A stretch of DNA of 61,831 bases from Chiloscyllium plagiosum (taxonomy: Eukaryota), in contig NC_057719.1 in NCBI RefSeq assembly GCF_004010195.1, forward strand, positions 75,406,965 through 75,468,795, read 5' to 3'. Below, piece by piece: positions 52,106-61,831 of this stretch (its first letter is position 1; the number at the start of each line of letters is the position of its first letter). A program made the position numbers and the translations under genes. The notes beneath the pieces were generated by a model that worked only from the letters and a program-made list of their open reading frames with translations, was not told where the DNA came from and ran no database searches.

Positions 52106-53977
52106 ATTCTTCCATCCTAATTTCTAATTCTATCACCTCAACTTCAATCAATATTTTGTTGAAATTCAGTGCAAACATCAATACAAACTACTCTTAAATA
52201 TTCCCACCGTGTCCTGTACCTCCAAGTACAGATCACGTTATTTGTTCTTAATAGGATCCACTCCACCCTTTTATTACCCACTTACCAATTGAAGTGGTAA
52301 CAATTGAATATTGTTATTCAACAGAATATTTTTGATGTTGATGAGATCCCTTTCTTGTAGAGCTTTGGGTTATTGATTTCATTGAGAAAATGGAAGTAAG
52401 CATGCATGCCTAAACTGTTTCTATTCTATTATAGAACTATTGATTCAGGAGGCCAGGAAAACGAATGATCGAATGGAGTGATGCTGGGTGGTTCACATTA
52501 GACTCTAACTAAGCAAGTGATCATTTAAGGACGCTGTTTAAAAAAGAAAAAAAACATCAGAACAAAAGAAAAAGCAGTTTTCAGATCAGAAAAATAGGAA
52601 CTAACTCACTGTGTTTGCAGACCTGACATTGTCATGACCCACACACAAGTCACACCGGGGTCACCTCAACAGTAAGATTATCCTGTGTGTCTCTGATCGT
52701 TTTGCCTGGGAGACAGCCATCTGCACAAAAGAACCAGAAAGCAAAATAGAAGAAACTCGCACTTTTGTTTTTGCTGACAGCCATTCTGCTTCCTGATATA
52801 ACCCAAGATGGACAATGTGCTGGCATTTGGATTCAATCAGGGCTCGAGGAATATGTTTTGAGGTTTCGGTTTATGACATGACTCACCACCAGCAAGAATG
52901 CAGGGTTTCCCTATTTCAAACCCTAAAGGTCTGGCAATGCTATGAATGTGAAATATCTTTATCCTACGTTAGTCTGTTGAATACTTATATTCCAAACAGA
53001 AATATCCTTAAACAAGGAGTCTCAGTTCCAGAAATGCCAAACTAAACCAGAGTTATTTATTCTGGTAACCTAAACCCCAAACTAAACTTCTCAGTGGGAA
53101 TTGCTACAAATAATAAGATGTTGTCAATAAAAAGTTAAACACTACTTAGATGTTTCAACAAATCTTTACAGCAAATCCAATAAACCTGACCCCAAGAATG
53201 TACTTTAATTACAATCTGTTTTACCACAAATGTTAAACTCTGTTTAGAATCTCAAACAACTCTTTGCATTGACAAATCTTCTATGTAAATTTTAACAAAT
53301 GTCACTTCAGCAAATATTGGCAAATTTAATGAAGAATAAACTGCCTTTGCCTTCCTTCTTACCTTGTAGATAGAGACGTTCAATAAGAAAGCTAATCATT
53401 GAACCAGTCACAGTAGTGATAGCCATAGTATTCCAGCTCAGAAATGTCCCTCATTCTCCAGTAATGAGGGGGAAAGAGGAAGTGCTACACACAGGAAATG
53501 AATTCCTACCATTCCCCCCATTACCCTGTTTGGCATTGGTGCCTCAAGCAATCATTCACTCAATGCTCTTGTGTGAGGTAACCCTAGGACAGGAAAGGTG
53601 GATTGCTATGACTTGTGAGCTGGTGGTTCATTCATGCAGGTGTGCATCTGATCCTGGTCTAGGGATACCGCTGTGTGCCAAGTAGCCTGATCAGCTTGAC
53701 CAATAAAAGTGGCACCAATCTTGCAGTTAGGAACCTAGGGCTTGTGTTTGTGAGCCAACCAATGCAGATTCCGACCTCACATCAACTGCCCTCCCATCAC
53801 AATGTGAGTTTGCAGGCCCAGTTAGCTCCCTGATTCAGGTGTGCTGTCGATGAGCAGACCCTCGGTGATGACATGCACACAGTGTGTGCCATTTGCAAGA
53901 CGTTCTGCTGCAACTTTCCAAGATTGCTTTGAGAGTTCCTTCCATGACGTCTGCTGCCTGGATAAACACTCCCTCTA

Positions 53978-54395
53978 GGGTTGGTGAGATTCGCCGCGGC
54001 ACATTCGCCGCCACCGATTAGCCACTGCTGGTTCGCCACCAGCGTTTCTCCACTGGGGTCGTTTGACCTCTGAACACTATTCGCCACCGGAAAGATATAT
54101 ATATATATACTGATTGTTTTCCCTCCCACCAGTTCTTTCATACTTCTCAGTCCCCTTTATTGATACAACAACATAGTACATATTGATAAAAAAAAAAGTG
54201 AAATAAATATCATTTATTGGTTTATTACATAAAAAGGAGTTACAAACACTTGCGGTAGCTAATCGTCCTCAGTGGCCAATGGGCGGTGGTGAAGTGTCCT
54301 CAGTGGCCAATGGGCGGTGGTGAAGTGTCCTCAGCGGTGAAAGGGCGGTGACTAATCGGCGGCGGTGAATCGGTGGCTGCGAATGGTCCCATCTC
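53978..54395. mobile_element. Foldback/MULE-like MITE with subterminal 14-bp repeats and TSD
   Basis: Direct repeat cactccctctag at 53967-53978 and 54395-54406. Inverted arrays of attcgccgcc-like units at both ends. AT-rich core. Confidence 0.72.
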
Positions 54396-54420
54396 ACTCC
54401 CTCTAGCGTCTCCTCCACAT

Positions 54421-54733
54421 GGGCGGCATGGTGGCACAGTGGTTAGCACTGCTGCCTCACATCGCCAGAGACCCGGGTTCAATTCCCGCCTCAGGCAACT
54501 GACTGTGTGGAGTTTGCACGTTCTCCCCGTGTCTGCGTGGGTTTGCTCTGGGTGCTCCGGTTTCCTCCCACAGTCCAAAGATGTGCAGGTCAGGTGAATT
54601 GGCCATGCTAAATTGCCCGTAGTGTTAGGTAAGGGGTAAATGCAGGGGTATGGGTGGGTTGCGCTTCGGCGGGGTGGTGTGGACTTGTTGGGCCGAAGGG
54701 CCTGTTTCCACACTGTAAGTAATCTAATCTAAT
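54421..54733 (+). mobile_element. HE1-type SINE, young
   Basis: A and B boxes, V-domain, taatc tail. Confidence 0.93.
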
Positions 54734-55204
54734 CACACAGCATCCTGATTTGGAACTACATCACTATTTCTTAACTGCTTTGTGGCTGATCAAACAATCC
54801 TCAACTCCACCTTCCTGCCTTTTGCCCATAATCTTTGATTCCCTTACTGATGAAAAATCTATCTATCTCAGCCTCAAATTATTTAAATGACCCAGCCTCT
54901 ACAGTCAACTGGATACAGAATTCCACAGATTCAATACACTATAAGGGAAGAAACTGAACCCCATTCCACCCAACCCAATCTTTAAGCCATGTTTTGAACT
55001 CTTTGACTTTATTTACTCTCTGACAGCCATGGCTCAGGTAGTAATCCTGAGATTATTTCCTCAAAGATTCTAGTTTTAATTCAGCTCTTAACTCTTCAGA
55101 TTCTTTTTTCAGAACCTCATTTCTTGTCATATCAAAGTAATTAGTACTAATATGGGCAACAACAACTTTGGTCCCCTTCCACTCAAAGTTCCTCTCCAGT
55201 TTAA

Positions 55205-55775
55205 GGTTTTAGTGAAGATCTATAGCTCGGGTTCAGGTTGAAGTTGTTGGTCGGTTTGCCTAGCTGGGTGATACTCTTGCAAATGTTTCATCTCCCTCCT
55301 GGGTGACATTTTCAGTGTTGTCTCGCCTCAGGATGCAATGCTATCGTTGTGATCTACCCCAAATTTATCCAGGTCTGTCCATTGTGCCGGGTGATTCTAC
55401 TTCGGGTTTTGGACAGTAGTGGTCTGTAGATGGGGTCTATTTCACCGTATTTATTTGTGGAACCACTGGATGAATACCAGACTGCCAGCAATTCACAAGC
55501 TTGTCTTTGTTTAGCCTGTCCCAGTATCGTGACATTGTCCCAGTTGAATTGGTATCCTTCATTGTCAGTGCATATTGATATGAGAGAGGTTGTGTCATTT
55601 TGTGTCAAGCTGATGTTTGTGTTTTCTAGTGGTGAATTTCCTGCCTGTTTGTCCGAGATAATGTTTCACTCAGCTGCTGCATGGTATTTTATATATCACG
55701 TTCGTCCTGCACGTTGTGGGTATGGGTTCTTTTGTCCTGGATAGTAGCCGGTGAAGTGTGGCTGTTGGTTTGTCA
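55205..55775 (-). mobile_element. Penelope-like fragment related to 1335-1835
   Basis: ORFs 55670..55867(-) (RTKEPIPTTCRTNVIYKIPCS) and 55354..55608(-) (FNWDNVTILGQAKQRQACELL). Decayed hammerhead core near 55283-55318. Confidence 0.82.
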
Positions 55776-56269
55776 TTATTCCCAGAGAACGTAGAACTCT
55801 CATTCCTCTCTAGCCCTGAGGAGATGTCCTTAACCCTGGCAGTCAACACAGCCTTCAGAATGCGCACTGATACCAGTATCTGTCTCCGTAATTATCCTGC
55901 CCCCAAGATGCAATATTCCCAACTTGAATGGCTTCCTAAACCAAGGTGCCATGGTCAGTTTGCTCATTCTCCCTGCAATCCCCATTCTTGAGCATAGAGG
56001 CTGCAAGAACCTTATAACTGTTGGACAGTTGCCTTGCTGGAATTTAAGTCTCTGATTTTGACAAACTAAACCAGTTTAGCAATCTATCAGTTATTCATTT
56101 ATCAAGATTTATCAATTCTGACAATTGACATTGTGGACAATCGTGTTACTTCACATCCTCAAGAAAGTTACCAATCCTAAAATGCAGGAAAACATCGCAT
56201 TCCAAACCATGCTGAGCAATTCTGACTGTCAGACTCTGCACCAAGGTTAGTGAAGCTGGTTTTGTTTTG

Positions 56270-56602
56270 TTCACTTATGGGATATGAATGGCACAGGCTG
56301 GGTCAACCTTTGATCCCCGTCCCTAGTTGCTCTTGAGAAGATGATGGTGAGCTGCCTTGTTGAACTGCTGCAGTCCATGTGCAATGTGCAGGTAGATCTG
56401 CAATGCCATCAGGGAGGGTATTCCAGGATTTTGACCCAGTGTCAGTGAAGGAACTATGATTTATTTCCAAGTCAGGACGGTAAGTGTCTCGGTGGGGATC
56501 TTGCAGATGGTTCCTATGTATTTTGTGCCCTTGTCCTTATATTTGGAAGTAGCCATGGGTTTGGAAGGTGCTCTCGAAGGATCTTTGGTGAACTTCTGCA
56601 GG
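56270..56602 (-). mobile_element. 3' end of the second LINE family
   Basis: Homologous to 43410-43735. Confidence 0.7.
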
Positions 56603-56815
56603 GCCGTCCGCACCCACCCCACCCGCCCCCNNNNNNNNNNNNNNNNNNNNNNNNNNCAACACCAGTCCAACCCTGCCTCATCCCCACTCCCACCCTGCCC
56701 CAAACCCTGCCAGCTCCACCCCACCCACACCCCGCTCCAACCCCTGACGGTCCCCATCCACCTGCCCTTTCACCCTGCACCCAACCCCAGTCCACCTCCC
56801 CACCGCCCCCACACG
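56603..56815. repeat. C-rich low-complexity tract (contains gap 56631-56656)
   Basis: Many CCC/CCCC runs directly preceding the satellite. Confidence 0.8.
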
Positions 56816-56817
56816 CA

Positions 56818-59800
56818 CGGGATTACAGATTCTGGATGATCACATTCTACAACAGGATTACAGTTTCTGGGTATGTGAATTCTGTATCGGGATGACAGAT
56901 TCTGGGTATACACAGTCTGAACCAGGATTACAGATTTTGAGTGTACACATGCTGAATTGGGATTACAGATGCTGGGTATACACATTCTGAACCAGGATTA
57001 CAGGTTTTGGGTGTACACATTCTGAACCAGGATTACAGATTCTATGAATCCACATTCTCAACTGGGTTTGCAGATTCTGGGTATTCACATTCTGAACTGG
57101 GACGACAGTCTCTTGGTATACACATTTTGAACGGGGTTTGCAAATTCTGGGTATTCACATTCTGAGACAGGATTACCGATTCAGAGTATTCACATTCTGA
57201 ACCGGGATTACAGATTCTGGGTGTCCACATTCTGAACTGGATTTACAGATTCTGACTGTACACCTTCTGAATCAAGATTACAGGTTCTGGGTATACACAT
57301 TCTGAACCTCGATTACAGATTCTGGATATTCACAATCTGAACCAGGAATACTGATTCTGGGTGTGCACATTCAAAGGATTACAGATTTTAGTTACACATT
57401 CTGAACCAGGATTACAGATTCTAGGTATCCATATTCTCAACCGTGTTTGCAGATTCTGGGTATTCACATGCTGACCGGTGATTACAAATTCTGCGTATAC
57501 ACATTCTGAACCTGGATTACACTCTCTTGGTATACACATTCTGAAGTTGGTTTGCAAATTCTGGGTATTCACATTCTGAGACAGGATTACCGATTCAGTG
57601 TATACACCTTCTGAACCAGGATTGTCGATTCTGGATGCACACATTTTGAACCGGGATTTCAGATTTTGGGTGTACACATTCTGAAGCAGGATTTCAGATT
57701 CCGGGTGTACACATTCTGAAGCAGGATTTCAGATTCCGGGTGTACACATTCTGAACCGGTATTAGATTATGGGAATGAACATTCTGAATGAGGATTACAG
57801 ATTCTGGATGTAGACATTCTGAACCAGGATTACAGGTTTTGGGTGTACACATTCTGAACTGGGATTACAGGTTCTGGATATGTGAATTCTGTATCGGGAT
57901 GACAGATTCTGTGTATACGCAGTCTGAACCAGGATTACAGATTCTGAGTGTACACATGCTGAACTGGGATTACAGACGCTGGGTATACACATTCTGAATC
58001 AGTTTTACAGATTCTTGGTATTCACATTCTGAACCTAGATTAAGGATTCTAGGTATTCACAATCTGAACCAGGATTATAGATTCTGGATGTACACATTCT
58101 GAACGAGAATTACAGAACTGGGTATTCACAATCTGAACTGGGATTATAGATTCTGGAGATATACATTCTGAACCGGTATTACAGATTCTGGGTATACACA
58201 TTCTGAACCAGGATTATAGGTTCTGGGTATGTGAATTCTGAATGAGGGTTACAGATTCTGGGTATGCACATTCTGAATCAGGATTGCATATCCTGGATAT
58301 ACACATTCTGAACCGGGATTACACATTCTGGGTATTCACGATCTGAACTCGGATTACTAATTCGGGTTAAACCCATTCTGAACTAGGATTACAGGTTTGT
58401 AGTATACACATTCTGAACCAGGATTTCAGATTCTAGATATCCATATTCTCAACCGGATTTGCAGATTCTGGGTATTCACATGCTGACCGGGGATTACAGG
58501 TTCTACGTATACACATTCTGAACCATGATTACAATGTCTGTGCATGCACATTCTGAATCGAGATTGCCAATTCTGGGTATTCACATTCTGAGACAGGATT
58601 ACCAATTCTGGGTATACACATTCTGAATTTGGATAACATATTTGGGGTACACAGTTTCTGACCCAGGATTACAGATTCTGTGCATACACATTCGGAACCA
58701 GGATTACAGATTCTGGGTGTACACATTCTGAACTGGGATTACAGATTTTAGGTGTACACATTCTGAAACAGGTTTACAGATTCTGCATATTCACATTTTG
58801 ACCTGGGATTGCCGATTCTGGGTGCACACATTTTGAACCGGTGATTACAGATTTTGGGTGTACACATTCTGAACCAGGATTACAGATTCTAGGAATTCAC
58901 ATTCTCAACCCGTGTTTGCAGATTCTGGGTATTCACATGCTGACCGGGGATTACAGATTCTGCATATACGCATTCTGAACCGGGATTACAATCTCTGGGT
59001 ATACACATTCTGAATGGGGTTTGCAAATTCTGGGCATTCACATTCTGAGACAGGATTATCGATTCTGTGTATACACATTCTGAACCGGGATTGCCGATTC
59101 TGGGTGCACACATTTTGATCTGGGATTACAGATTTTGGGTGCACACATTCTGAACCAGGAATTCAGATTCTAGGTATCCACATTCTCAACCAGGTTTGCA
59201 GATTTTGGTATACACATTCTGAACCGAGATTACAGATTCTGCATATACACATTCTGAACTGGGACTACAGTGTCTGGGTATACACATTCTGAATCGGGTT
59301 TACAAATTCTGGGTATTCACATGCTGAGACAGGATTACCGATTCATGGTATACACCTTCTGAACTTGGATTACAGATTCTGGGTGTACACATTCTGAACT
59401 GGGATTACAGAACTGGTACACTTGGATTAATGGTTCTGGGTATTCACGTTCCGAACCTGGATTACAAATTCTGGGTATTCACAATCCGAACCAGGATTAT
59501 AAATTCTGGGGATACACATTCTGAAGTGGGATGACAGATTCTGGGTATACACATTATGAGCCAGGATTACAGATTCTGGGTATTCACATTCTGAACTGGG
59601 ATTATGGATTCTGGGTGTACAGGTTCTGAATTGGGATTACAGATTTTGGGTGGACACATTCTGAACCAGGATTACAGATTCTGGGTATTCACGTTCTGAA
59701 CCGGGATTACAGATTCTGTGTGTATATACTTTCTGAACTGTGATTACAAATTCTGGGTATACACATTCTGAACCGGGACTGCAGATTCTGGGTGTACACA

Positions 59801-61831
59801 TTTTGAAACGGGATTACGGAGATTGGGTGCACATATACTGAACCAGAATTACAGATTCTGCGTATGAACATTCTGAATCAGGATTAGACATTCTGGGTAT
59901 TCACATTCTGAACCAGGATTACAGGTTTTGGGTATGCACATTCTGAACCAGGATTACAGATTCTGGATATACACATGCTGAACCGTGATTACAGATGCTG
60001 GTTATACACATTCTGAACCAGTTTTACAGATTCTTGGTATTCACATTCTGAACCTGGATTAAGGGTTCTGGCTATGCACAATCTGAACCAGGATTACAGA
60101 TTCTGGGTATACACATTCTGATATAAATTTACAGATTCTAGGTATTCACATTTTGACCTGGGATTGCAGATTCAGGGTGGGCACACATTTTGAACCAGGG
60201 TTACAGATTTTGGGTGCCCACATTCTGGACCCAGAATATCAGATTCTAGGTATCCACATTCTCAACCGGGTTTGCAGATTCTGGGTATCCACATTCTGAA
60301 CCAGGATTACCGATTCAGAATATGCACTTTCTGAACAAGGATTACTGATTCTGGGTGCATACATTTTGAACCGGGATTACAGATTTTGGGTGTACACATT
60401 CTGAACCAGGATTTCAGATTGTAGGTATCCACATTCTCAACCGGGTTTGCAGCTTCTGGGTATAAATCCGAAAAGGGATTGCAATCTCTGGGTATACACA
60501 TTCTGAATCGGGTTTGCAAATTCTGGGTAATCACATTCTGAACTTGGATTACATATTTGGGGGACACAGTTTCTGAACCAGGATACAGATTCTGGCTGCA
60601 CACATTCTGAACCATGATTTCAGAATCTGGGTGTCCACATTCTGAACCAGGATTTCAGATTCTGGGTGTACACATTCTGAACCAGGATTACAGATTCTGG
60701 GTGTATATATTCTGAACCGGGATTACAGTTTCAGGGTGTACACATTCTGATGCGGGATTTCAGATTCTGGGTGTACACATTCTGAACCAGGATTACAGAT
60801 TCTGGGTGTATATATTCTGAACCGGGATTACAGTTTCAGGGTGTACACATTCTGATGCGGGATTACAGATTCTGGGTATACACATTCTGAATCGAAGTGA
60901 TAATTATTATGATACTGAAACTTATTGATGACATAAGTGGTTCTGGAAAAGACATAGGCAGTTAATAACTTACAACTGTGTTTCTCAGCACATGTATTCA
61001 ATAATTATTCAGGACATTACAAGCAGGAAGTAACACATATTCTTGAAAAGCAGACAATGCCAAGCATATTTATTCACAAGAATGCTTATTATTTATTCCT
61101 GAAGAAGAGCTTATGCCCGAAAAGTTGATTCTCCTGTTCCTTGGATGCTGCCTGACCTGCTGCGCTTTTCCAGCAACACATTTTCAGCTCTGATCTCCAG
61201 CATCTGCAGTCCTCACTTTCTCCTATACACATTCTGAACCAGGATTACAGATTCTGGGTATGAACATTTGGAACCGAAATTACAGATTCTTGGGAAACAC
61301 ATTTTGAACCGGGATTATAGATTTTGGGTGTACACATTCTGAACCTGGATTACAGATTCTGGGTATTCACCATCTGAACCAGGATTACCGATTCTGGGTG
61401 TTCACCTTCTGAACCAGGATTACTGATTCGGGATAATACCATTCTGAACCAGGATTACAGGTTTGTGGTATACACATTCTGAAACAGGGTTACATATTCT
61501 GGGTACACACATTCTGAACCAGGATTGCTGAACATTCTGAACTGTGATTACTGATTTTGGGTGTACACATTCTGAACGAGGATTTCAGATTCTAGGTATC
61601 CACATTCTCAACCAGGTTTGCAGATTGTGGGTATTCACATGCCGTCCGATGATTACAGATTCTGGGTGTTCACCTTCTGAACCAGGATTACTGATTCGGG
61701 ATAATACCATTCTGAACCAGGATTACAGGTTTGTGGTATACACATTCTGAAACAGGGTTACATATTCTGGGTACACACATTCTGAACCAGGATTGCTGAA
61801 CATTCTGAACTGTGATTACTGATTTTGGGTG
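56818..61831. repeat. 35-bp tandem satellite array of about 5 kb, continuing beyond the window
   Basis: Consensus TACACATTCTGAACCAGGATTACAGATTCTGGGT(A/G). Period 35 checked at 60661 versus 60696. Interrupted at about 60895-61224. Confidence 0.97.
61095..61224 (+). mobile_element. Penelope terminal repeat with hammerhead-like core inside the satellite
   Basis: attc-CTGAAGA-A-GAGC-TTAT-GCCC-GAAA-AGTT-gatt, then ggatgctgcctgacctgctgcgcttttccagc...ctccagcatctgcagtcctcactttctcct. Confidence 0.75.

Noticed and set aside
56818-61831. CRISPR-like array or Cys-rich repeat protein (ORFs such as 57330..57677 on the minus strand)
   Set aside because: Monomers are head-to-tail with no unique spacers and no cas genes, and the context is eukaryotic. 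The 35-bp period is not a multiple of 3, so the ORFs are translation artefacts.

Overview
Eukaryotic, repeat-dense genomic DNA. The HE1-type SINEs and CR1 LINEs point to a shark (inference). The only host gene I can support is COX16 (cytochrome c oxidase assembly factor) on the + strand: a 69-nt internal exon (22752-22820) and the terminal coding exon (26715-26846), with a likely polyA signal at 27046. Neither exon is in the ORF track, and I did not find the upstream exons. The rest is mostly mobile-element debris: many CR1 LINE fragments (some nested), about 9 HE1/V-SINE copies, and Penelope-like (GIY-YIG) retroelements and their termini, several carrying minimal hammerhead-ribozyme cores. 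There is also an ORF1-only L1 bounded by a probable target-site duplication (TSD), a foldback/MULE-like MITE with a TSD, and a 35-bp satellite array of about 5 kb with higher-order structure that runs off the right end. There are three assembly gaps. Most ORFs in the track are spurious or degraded TE fragments. Boundaries of old repeats are approximate, and family names come from motif recognition, not database searches.
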